Shown here in pieces: positions 12,051 to 22,326 of a stretch of DNA of 61,100 nt; the first letter of the stretch is position 1; each line of letters begins with the position of its first letter. A model generated the notes under the pieces. The model had not been told where the DNA came from. It made no database searches and saw only the letters and a program-made list of their open reading frames with translations. The stretch comes from Hydrolagus affinis (taxonomy: Eukaryota): positions 1-61,100 of the forward strand of contig JAAILG010001857.1 in NCBI GenBank assembly GCA_012026655.1, given 5' to 3'. Made by a program: the position numbers and the translations under genes.

Positions 12051-12597
12051 CTCCAGCACCTCGGGATTCTGGAACATCAGGTGAGTGTAATAGTGGAAAC
12101 CTTACAGTGGCAACTAAAGCTATGACACTTTTTCTCTCTCTTTGGTATTTTTCTACATTCCAGAGGTTTGGCAACACTATGTGGACTCCATGCAGGATGT
12201 CTAACATCCGAACACATATTAGCCAATCTCTGGATCACATTGTAGGCCGAGACGGGAAGTTGTTAGGAACAGAGGCTGAGGTTTGATGGGGACAGGACGA
12301 GGGAGATGTTGTTAGATTAACGTGGAGCTCACAGAACGGATTGATGATAGAGTTGGTGAGCATGGAATGTAGTCAGTCAGTCAGTGAGTCAGTCAGTCAA
12401 TCAGCTCCATCTCCCCTGGCCGCGGGCCTCCCGTCATCCCACCCCTTCATCTGAATGACTCCGTCCCCTCCCGCCCACTGACCACATCAACCATCTCCAG
12501 TAAGTGTTCTCTTAATTGTATTTTTACCTTATTTATATATTTATTAAACATTTTTTCTAATTTTCCATACTAGTAGTGTTAGTTAGTGTATAGTTCG

Positions 12598-12710
12598 GTT
12601 TGTGAGACACTGCTGTGCGCAATTGGCTGCCGCGTTTCGCCCACAAATATATAGTCAATTCACTTTACAGCATATTCTGTGAAGTGCTTTGAGATGTCTA
12701 GATCTAGACA
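12598..12710 (+). mobile_element. SINE 3' fragment
   Basis: Recurrent SINE body acactgctgtgcgcaattggctgccgcgtttcgcccacaaat. Confidence 0.85.
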
Positions 12711-13034
12711 ATGTTGTCTGCATGATATAGTGAATTAAGCTTTCTTTAATGTTTTTATTTATATACTATAATAGGAAAGAACCTACTGAGTGAATTTGCA
12801 GTCCAATTATACTTTTCTAGAAGAGTTGCAAATTTTCTTTGAAAGAAAGATGGCAGGTATATAAAAAAATCTCTTCAAAAATTACTGTCCCAGTTGACCA
12901 CCTATATCAGCCCAATACTGAATGTTGCAGCTCGCTGCCAGTCTGCATCAAGCTATATCACTTGCCCCCCCAAGATCAATGCAATATAAAAACATTTGGC
13001 CAGGATATTGATGAAGATGTTTTATAATAGTAAT

Positions 13035-13265
13035 ATTAATAATAATGCTTACATTTATATAGCGCTTTCCATGTCTTATCGACGTCTCAAAGCACTTCAC
13101 AGAATACAACAACGTCCCAAGGTTGGGACCAGAGCAGGGGGGAGAAGAAAAGAGGGAAGAAAGGGGGGAAAAGAGGTAGGGACCAGAGCAGGGGGGAGGG
13201 GTTGGGGGAAGGAAAGTAGGAAAATTGACTGTGTATTTGTGGGAGAAACGCGGGCAGCCAAATTG
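13035..13265 (-). mobile_element. SINE variant carrying an L2-type pyrimidine-rich segment
   Basis: SINE core followed by an L2-UTR-like cccctgctctggtccc segment (duplicated); a related copy lies at 53208-53430. Confidence 0.75.
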
Positions 13266-14469
13266 TTTTAACATGGAACAAGACAATGACTGAGGCAGCA
13301 GCACAAGGATTTGCTAAGCCTTTAGCCAGACTACTGCATCTGAAGAACATATCCTGGCACTATATTGGAGTAAGTCCTGACGTGGGATTTGAACCTACAA
13401 CCGTTTAACTCAGAGGTGAGAGGGCTACCAAATAGCCATGCTGGCATCTACCTTAGGGCACTGCAGTGAAAGCCCTATTGTACCAGTCTCATCGGGCATG
13501 AGGCAGCAAAGGTTCATTTCTGATTGGCCAGTAAGGTCACCAAGCTCAAAGAACCTTACACTAGCCTTACACGAGCGCAAAGTATTCAGTTATTTGGATA
13601 AAAAAAATGTTTTCACGTCAATTATTTTGCCATTTCTATTTGTCAAGTAAGGAGGGAAGTGGTTTGGAAACAGCCTTGGCAAAATGGTGAACTACCCATC
13701 CAGGTATTTCCAGTTAATAATATGAATTTATTAGCTTCAGATACAGTGAAATACATCTCACTTCAGACAGAAAAATACAGAGCGATGTAGTCCACATTAC
13801 TCCCTTTCTCAAACCAACATTAATAGGTCATCGAAGTACAGAGAGGCACATTAGATTTCAAGGTATTTTCAGTCATCAGTCTTCATTGCATTCGAGAATG
13901 ACAACTAGCAACTCGACCAGTGCTGAGGTCATCTTCAATTGGATGGTAATGTATGGATGTTTGGAGCAGTTGTGGATAATTATACAGTTATTCTTTTCTT
14001 TATTTTATTGCCCTATAAATAGATTTAAAACCTTCATCAGTTGTCTCCGGGAGCCTTTTAATGTGACAATCCAGCTTCTCCTGTCAATACCTTATCAGTA
14101 GTCAAAGAAGCCTGATGCTATTGATGGACACAGCAGAAAGGATGTGCTCAGTGCTTCAAGTCAGCCTAGAGCTGACAATAACTGTTCCCCTGCAGGGGGA
14201 ATTGCTACAAAAGGGCATTTGTCAGAATGTTAAATATTTTGCACTGGCAGTATCGAATCTCCTCGTGTGGTTATTTATGAATCTCAGCGAAGGTGACAGT
14301 AATGGAATTTCTTTGATTTAATGTCTGCGCATACAACTGCTGTACCCAATAGTTTCCCCGGCCTTCAGTAAGTAGAATTTGCATCATGTGTGTTACACTA
14401 CTCAAAGCACCACATCCAACCTTTTGACCCGACAAATGGCATCTCAAGCTGGTAACCTGTTACTACCTA

Positions 14470-14612
14470 CACTGCTGTGCGCAATTGGCTGCAGAGTTTC
14501 GCCCACAAGTATACAGTCAATTCACTTTATAGTACGTTCTGTGAAGCGCTTTGAGACGTCATGAAGATGTGAAAAGCGCTAAATCAAATGCAAGGATTAT
14601 TTATTATTATTG
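14470..14612 (+). mobile_element. SINE 3' fragment
   Basis: Recurrent SINE body and tail. Confidence 0.88.
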
Positions 14613-15719
14613 TTGTGACTTGCTTTGCTCAACTTGGCTTGGTTTGGCCCAGACTTGGGTGAATACAGTACCTGAATCATAGACTGTTCCAAGCACAGGA
14701 GTGAAGAATAACCCTATTGCACTACACCAGATGTTGAAACATTTTACTCGAAAACGCACACTCTTTGTTTCATAAAACGCTCTTTACTACTATCGGTTAC
14801 CAGTACATGAGTATCTGAGGCAGTGGATTGAGTGACTCAGAGGGCAGCAGTTGAGATCAAGCCTCTGATCAAAATCTGCCTGTCAGGTTTGTAGAGTTGG
14901 TGGCCACACCAAAGCCAACAACGATTCAGGACAATTTCACAGAAAGTACAACAACAAAAGTACATTGATAGAGCGCCTTTCACGTCGGGAGGACGTCCTA
15001 AGACGCTGAATCCTTTGACAGAAAAGGGAGGTTGGAGATGGGCCGGTAGCTTGAAAGCTGCGATGAATCAAGGGTAGGTTTCTTAAGGATGGACTGTATT
15101 GCACTGTACTGATCCTTTAAAGGGCCATATTATAAAAACTGGCCTTGTTTTCTCTATCGTCCTTTACCATCCTGCTTTGGCATCAGGTTTGCAAACTCCC
15201 TGGGAGAAGGGCTGCAATTTTTCTAACACTGATAATGATAATCTTGGTATTTGATATAGTGCCTTATCATGCCATCAAGATGGCTCAAAGTGCCTCATGG
15301 GATTTAGTGCATCTATGTATTTTGTGGATGCCTGGGTGAACACTACATCAGAAGCCTTTCATTCCTTAATATTTATTGACTCTTAAGATCCTAGACCTCC
15401 CACAAATAACCTTTCACATAATGTTTGGTGCTTCTGTTCAGCAATGCAAAGCAGTGAGTCAACAAAAACAATATTTACAAGATTAACACGAACCCACATC
15501 TGTGTGACATCTGCTCTGAATGACATGTCTTGAAACAGAAATCAAGCTATTTGAGCTACTCTGTCATAGCTCACGGCTATCTCTCCAAATGTTCAACTCA
15601 CAGAGACAAATTTGTCTATTAAACCTTTGCTAACTTTCGGAACCAGGTTTAATTCCCACTCCAACCTGAAGATTAAGTATCTCTGTAAGGATGCAACTAT
15701 AATAATCAATAATAATCAT

Positions 15720-15910
15720 AAAAAATCCTGTTATTCTGCAATCCATGACAGTTTATGGGAAACTGCTGTGTGCAATTTGTTGCTATGTTTTGCCCACAGC
15801 CATGCAGTTCATTCACTTTCCAGAATATCCTGTGAAGCTCTTTGAGACGTCTAGAAGATGTGAAAAGCGCTGCATCCAATGCAATGATTATTAATATTAT
15901 TATTATTATT
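15720..15910 (+). mobile_element. SINE 3' fragment
   Basis: Recurrent SINE body and tail with (att)n end. Confidence 0.85.
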
Positions 15911-16344
15911 CAAAACAGTGCGGATTAAGTTGCAAAATGTCAAATTACTCCACAATAGATTTCGGTAAAATATAATGGCTGTCTATTTGCAGGAAAACAC
16001 ATCACCCAATTTGCACGCAGCAATGTCTGCACGATAGCCATGCAGAGAATAATCACATGAATAACCGATTTTATCTGGTTGCGCTCAAGACCGCACTGAA
16101 ACTGTTATAATTACCTAATTGGAGAAATCTATATTACATTCGTACATTTGACTCTCAAACTCTCAGACAATTGGAAGTTGGAATTCTTCATTCAAGACAC
16201 AGAAAATCTACCTGATAGAAAATCCCAATCAACCTACTTTCACAGCAAAGCTCTGTATCGAATGTGTGGCGAACACAACAACAAAATATTTCCAATAACT
16301 AGAAGGAGCCCCCACTTAGATTTATTATTCAGGCACTCAAGTTG

Positions 16345-16655
16345 AAGTAATAATAATCATCATAATAAAATAATAATAATAGTCTTTGCATTTGATACAG
16401 CGCTTTTCATGTCTTCAAGAAATCAACAAGTTTTAGACCTATTATTCCACGACTGTATATATTTCACTTTTTTTTATTACTTTCTTAAAGAAATTACTAT
16501 TCTTGGAAACTGAATAACAACTGGGTTCCTACTCACAGCTAGAGATACAGAGGCGTATGAAGTAAGGAAACTTGCCCAACATTTTGCCAAGGAATCAAAC
16601 TCAGATCCTTTCATTTGCAAGGTAAGTGGTCTAACACTAAACTACAGGACTCCGC
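16345..16655 (-). mobile_element. Internally deleted tRNA-SINE
   Basis: Tail at ~16350-16420; tRNA-like head at ~16560-16652 on the minus strand. Confidence 0.75.
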
Positions 16656-16977
16656 TAAGCTACAGAAACCATATCCTTAAGCATGAGGATGGGTTTCCAC
16701 ATATGTCAGACACCCAGCTGAACAAAGTAAAATCACGTATCTGCAGTTTGAAATGACACATTTATATGTCAATACTCCTACAATAAATTACTTTGAAATA
16801 TAGGAGAGTGCTATTGTGAGATTAAATCTCTGTCAGGAACAGTGATAAACAGCAATGAAATGAGGGAAGAATATTGGCCATTGTTTTGTGGTATCTTAAA
16901 CTCCACTTGAACTGGCAGATTATTTGATGCCCCAATTGAAAGGCTAACTTTCAAAAATGCAGCTTCCTGAGCTACAC

Positions 16978-17295
16978 GGAGTCCTGCAGCTCAGGGGTTA
17001 GAGCACTCGCCTCACAAGCAAGAGATCTGGGTTTGATTCCCGGCAGGGTGAAACCTTGATCAAAGTTACCTCACTCCACACGCCTGACAATAATCCTTCA
17101 AGAAAATAATAATCATAATTTGGTCCTCAATTCATGACTGTTTGTGGGACATAGCTGTGCGCAATTGGCTGGCAAGTTTCACCCGCAAAGTACAGTCAAT
17201 TCGCTTTACAGTATTTTCTGTGAAGCACTTTGAGACATCTAGGAGACATGAAACGTGCTTTATCAAATGCAAGGATTATTATTATTATTATTATT
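16978..17295 (+). mobile_element. Near full-length tRNA-derived SINE
   Basis: Head with Pol III A-box-like cagctcaggggtt and B-box-like ggtttgattcc, followed by body and L2-like tail ending (att)n. Confidence 0.92.
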
Positions 17296-19460
17296 GCATT
17301 GAATAAAGGCATTATCAGCAGTTCTTTTCTGAAACACAACTTTCTGTTTTTCTCTCTTCTGAAGTGCAGCATCACAGGAAAGGGATGAAAAAAGGCACAA
17401 AACAGTCTGATCATGTCATCATCTCCATTTCCTTTCTTATGGTGGGGGAAATATTCACTAGTTAAAGAGCTAGAGTAGAAACCCTGGTTGCTGTGGTTAC
17501 ATCTCTTCACAGTCCAGGATACAGGAGCAAATGTTATCCCAACTACTTCCCTGGTTGAGATCAGCCCATAGTGGGGATCAAATCTGGGACCTTCCAAACT
17601 CAGTGAGGGATCAGTTTTATTCCAAGCAGTGATTTTAAGAACTGAGCCCTCAGGGGTACCACCAAGTCATTTTCAACACACACAAGACGATTACATGTGG
17701 GACATTTTAAACCAGTTTGTCTTTGCAACTGCAGATGAACTTCACAAGCCTCCTGGGACGGACGATGCTTCAATGAATCTTCAATGGAATTTATGTCTCT
17801 GAGGCTTTTCCCGCCAGGGATCCAACAGTGGAAAGCAGCTGCTCACTGCTGGGATGCACATGTGGACAGCAGGTCTGGTCCTGCTGTCACCTGCAGCTTG
17901 GCTTTGCCTCCCCTCAGCTTCCCAAGAACACTGCAAGCCAACTGGAGCCAAACAGGCCATGAAAAGGAAAGCAGCTTTAGATATGGTTTCTTATGATTCC
18001 CCAATGGGAACAGCACCAGTTTTGAAGCTGTTGTGTTTTGGGCAGCAGTGTTTTAGTGCGCAAGAGCAGGGGGCTGGGATGGACTTAAAGCAATAAAGCA
18101 ATACAAGGCATTTTGGTCCACAGCCAATTACAACAAACAACAAATTACATGTAAATATATAGCACATTTCACAACTGAAGGATGTCCCAAAGTGCTGAAT
18201 GAATTAACCATTTAAATAATAGTTGGTTATCTAAACAACAATTTCTGCACTTGGTGTAGCACGTGTAATACCAACCACCTCAAAGACCTCCCCGGGGAAT
18301 TGTTGTTAAGAGTAGTAACTATGGATTTGTGGGCACCAGTGACAACCAACTTCCACACAGTAATGCCCCATAAATAGCAACAAAATGAATGTCCAACGTT
18401 ATCTGGGGGACTAATTGAGAACCACCCTACTTCCCCCCCCCACCCCCCACTTCTCTTTTCGTATAGTGCCATGGGATCTTTAACAAATAGGTGTACGAGA
18501 CCTTGGTTTAACATCTTACCTGAAGGATGGACACACATAAGCAAAACATCACAAAATACAATGGTATCCCACGGCAGATTTCAGGAATTTATTTTCCACC
18601 ACCTGTTTTCTTCACCCTTTGCCATCCACACACGCACACTTCCTGCCAGTTTTGTCAGATAATGATAGGCAGCTGGTGTCTGGCTAATTTCCTCTCCCCC
18701 CCCCCCACCCCCCACCCCACCTAACCCCACGGTACCAAGGCCAAAGGTAGCATTGCCAGTTGACACTGACGGAGATCAGTTGACTCACCACAGAAAGGGG
18801 ATTGGAGCTGAGGCACTTCCCAGGCTCAGTTACCCAATGAAATAAAACACTGAACCAGTCATTTGCTGTTTAAAACTGGAGTTTGCTTCAAAAATCTTGG
18901 CTACAGAAACCAATTCATAAGGGGAGGTTGGTGGTTCAATATCATGAACTGAGATTTACTAAATATGTTCTTTCCTTCATTTACACTTTAAAATGTGCTA
19001 AGGTAAAGTTTCAGTATCAGAGTGTTTGCTTGCCAAACAGAAAAGTGTGCTATATAGTGAGGGGCATCTTATAGGGGCTGTGGGTTTGTAATAATTTCTC
19101 TATCGAGTGGAAATAGTTACTTAACCTGCAGGCCTCATAAAAATACAGCCACTTAACTTGACAGCAGTCATCTGTGAAGCACTTTGAGACGTTTTGATAT
19201 TCAGGTGCTAAATCAAATGCAAGGATTTATTATGCTATTATTGCATCCATTTGGTTGCACTAAAATAGGCATCAGTATGGAAGCTCTATTGTACCATAGA
19301 CTTATAAATCATTCATTTTTTTTAAAAAAAAGGCCTTAGTACCCTGAGTAGATAAATAATTTGGAAGCTGATTTAAAAACTCCAACAATGAGCTGAATAA
19401 ATAGAGCTGATGTAAATTAAAAGCTGTCATGAGTCCGAAATGAAGACTAAGAGAGTGAGA

Positions 19461-19787
19461 AATGATAATAATAATGCTTGCATTTGATATAGCGCTTTTC
19501 ACATTTTATCGACTTCACAAAGCGCTTCACAGAATATACTATAAAGTGAATTGACTGTATATTTGTGGGTGAATCGCGGCAGCCAATTGCGCACAGCAAT
19601 GTCCCACAAACAGTCGTGGATTGAAATTACCAATTTTTTTTATTATTGTGTGTCTTTTTTTAGAGATTACTATTAGGCGTGTGGAGTAAGGAAACTTGAC
19701 CATGGTTTTGTCCTGATCTGCCTGGATTCGAACACAGATCTCACGCTTGTAAGGCGAATGCTCTAACCACTGAGCTACAGGAGCTCC
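19461..19787 (-). mobile_element. Near full-length tRNA-derived SINE
   Basis: Minus-strand head gtagctcagtggttagagcattcgcc...gttcgaatcc plus body and tail. Confidence 0.92.
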
Positions 19788-20664
19788 ACACCAGAGAAAT
19801 AAGATTTTTTCAGTATTCTACAGCATATCTTTAGAATAAATTGCTGTCTATAATTAAAAATAAACCGAAGTGGTGAGTTCAGCTTGAGGAAACTGAGGGC
19901 TCCCTTCAGCGGCTGGTCTCGTTTGGTGATGGATGTTAACTGATTCACTGTTACTAAATGCTCAATGTTTTTCTTAGTGCTCTAAAAATTAACTGTGGTC
20001 ATTTTAATTCTTTCCTGGTATGTGTTGTAAACTGTTATAACAGAACAACAACAGTAACAACTTCAATTTACATGGCGCCCTTCGCTTAGGGTAACACGAA
20101 GAGCGCCATATAAATGCAAGTTGTTGTTGTTTTCTCAAAGTGTTTTTCAGGGATGGGTTGGATGTCGAGCAAGGGGAGAGGGGGTGGGGGAAGGGATGGT
20201 GCTTTCTGTCAGGTAGGATTTGAGTTGGGACTCAGACAGAAAGAGAAGGGGTGAGGCAGGTAAATTAATAGCGAATTTGTTTTTGGAACGATTAAATGTG
20301 TTCCCTGGGCAGAAATCGCCCTATTCCGATGAAAGGTTCCACCCAAAACATTCGTTTGATTCATACTCTGATCACAAGGCACTGCGCTTCCTGAATTTTC
20401 CGTCTCTGTTTCAGATTTCCTGCAATTATTTGTGTGTTTATTATTGTGAATTAATTTGCAAGTTAATTATTTGTCTAAACACAGAGAAGAGATGTTTTAA
20501 GCTTAAAATTTATTATGGCACTAATTGATTGCTCGGGTGTATTAATTGACCCCTTACCTGGCTATGGCTATGTTAGTTAATCTCTAACCTAGTCACCACT
20601 GAATTAATTAACCTATAACCGCTATATTAGCTGACCACTGTCCATGTTACTTCTGTATTAATTG

Positions 20665-20957
20665 AGGGCAAAACCTTGGAGAAGTTTCCTTACTCCACAC
20701 TCCTGATAATTATCCCTCAAAAAAGACAATAATAAAAAAAATTGGTCATTTCAATCCACAACTGTTTGTAGGACACTGTTGTGTGCGATCGGCTGCTGCA
20801 TTTCACCCACAAAATATACAGTCAATTCAATTTACGGTACATTCTGCGAAGCACTTTGAGATGTCCTCCCGACGTGAAAGACGCTACACGAGTGTAATTT
20901 TGCTGTTGTCTAGAAGATGTGAAAAGGCGCGATATTAAATGCAAGTATTATTATTAT
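20665..20957 (+). mobile_element. 5'-truncated SINE with an L2 tail segment inside its tail
   Basis: SINE body; tail interrupted by gtcctcccgacgtgaaagacgc...ttttgctgtt, then resumes gtctagaagatgtgaaaag. Confidence 0.8.
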
Positions 20958-21724
20958 CTCTGAAAATGGTGCCTCCTGTATTGACACCACCAAAAACTAA
21001 TTGTGAATGAAAAAAACTTTCCTATATAAAGGAAATAAGACAGCCTCTCAATAAGTCATTGTGTAAATCATGATTTGTTACTTTATCAGGAGCCACATCA
21101 CCAACAATCTAACTTTGCCCATATTTTGTGGCCAACATCACATTATCGAATGACTCACATATGCTGTGTTTTCACCCAAACTTCGGATTATTACGAGGCT
21201 GAGGTGGGACAGAAGCCTCTCAAATAAAAATCTTCACCACAGATTACAAAATAATGGAGATAAATTGTGCACTCATCTCTTGGCTGTTTGTGTGGGCATT
21301 GCTATGTGAAATTCTGCTGCAGCAATCTCCCACACGCAAAAAAAATACAGCCATTTCTACAGTAATGATGTGCTTTGAGACACTTCAACATTATTGGTGT
21401 TGCATCAAATGTAATTATTATTAGCAAATCACGGCTATCAGCACAATGCAATTTAATAATGATCCTTGCATTGGATATACTGTACAGTAATGCCTGTTCA
21501 GGTCACCGAGATGCCTCAAAGTGATTCACAGAATAGATTGTAAAGTGAATTGACTTGAGTATTTTATGGGCAAAACCGAATATCACACACACACACAAAA
21601 AATAGACCCGCCTCGCGTTTCATGTCAACACGTGAGTATATGCAGAGAGAGAAATAAATACCCTAACAATAGTTGGGAATCGAGGAATCCACTGTGAAAG
21701 CAGGCTGGTTCTATCGCCAGCTAT

Positions 21725-21845
21725 TCGCCCACAAATATATACAGTCAAATTCACTTTACAGTATATTCTGTGAAGCGCTTTGGGACGTTGATAAGATGGG
21801 GAAAGCGCTATATCAAATGTAAGGATTATTATTATTATTATTATT
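21725..21845 (+). mobile_element. SINE tail fragment
   Basis: Recurrent SINE tail. Confidence 0.85.
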
Positions 21846-21899
21846 TCCCTGTCTTAAGTTGAAACAGGACACAGTCACTGAAAGCGACGAGAGACCCAT

Positions 21900-22326
21900 T
21901 GTGAACCTAATTGCTGTACAGCTGCTTTCCTATGGGTTGCAGTGGGTCGCTCCTCGCTCGCTGTGTTTCCTCTTCATTCTTTCTGTGTGTGTGTGCGTGT
22001 GTGTTGCTGGGAATGGAAAGACTGAGTGAGGCAGGAGGGAGACAGTATTGGCAGAGCCTGGGAAAGGGCTGGATTGGACTGGCTGTGTAGTGCTGTTGTT
22101 TGCACACACTGATGATAAACGGAGTGAAATTCACCCAGGGAGGCAGACAGACAGACAGACAGACAGACACACACACACAGCTCGTCTGGCTGACTACTTT
22201 GCCGGGTGAATTGAGGGCTTCATTCACTGCAGCTTTGGATACTTTAAGAAGCTTGTCACTGGCAGCCAAAAGGGACCTTGTGTTATCCCACTGCACTGAA
22301 AGGAGCCGAAAGACCCTTTCCTGGAG
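21900..22326 (+). promoter_or_regulatory. SPATS2L: Candidate SPATS2L promoter and non-coding first exon
   Basis: TE-free, GC-raised block with ATTGG boxes (~22048, ~22073) and (GT)n/(CAGA)n/(CA)n tracts, ending at a good donor ctggag|gtaaag (22326). The ATG exon at 47466 has a splice acceptor, so an upstream exon must exist. Assignment is inference. Confidence 0.45.

Larger units (their letters stand above)
7673..16298 (-). pseudogene. Candidate decayed multi-PDZ-domain gene (multi-exon, unprocessed pseudogene)
   Basis: Minus-strand segments, mostly AG/GT-bounded, with PDZ-like translations: 16298-16212 (TFDTELCCE / G*LGFSI), 14189-14091 (EHILSAVSINSIRL), 13544-13452 (LMPDETGTIGLSLQ), ~13015-12902 (PNVFIL / IDLGGASD / LMQTGSEL), 10325-10208 (LDVHGRDFRRL / SLNILRS / KVTVL), 10007-9911 (SLIVEADMPGSTMGNKL*AINE), from 9583 (RNGCIYVR), 8875-8808 (KDGRVVAIYDKS), 7898-7673 (FVELARGWPRFLGITV). 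Stops and frameshifts are present. Motif recognition by eye only. Confidence 0.55.

Noticed and set aside
15575-15665. Additional PDZ-like minus-strand segment (VGIKPGS / DKFVSV)
   Set aside because: Suggestive and in the right position, but part of it also resembles a decayed SINE tRNA head and the donor is ambiguous; not counted as evidence.
16978-17050. tRNA genes (also near 19720-19787, 39300-39363, 46085 and 59720)
   Set aside because: tRNA-like heads continue directly into SINE bodies and tails, so they are SINE promoters rather than tRNA genes.
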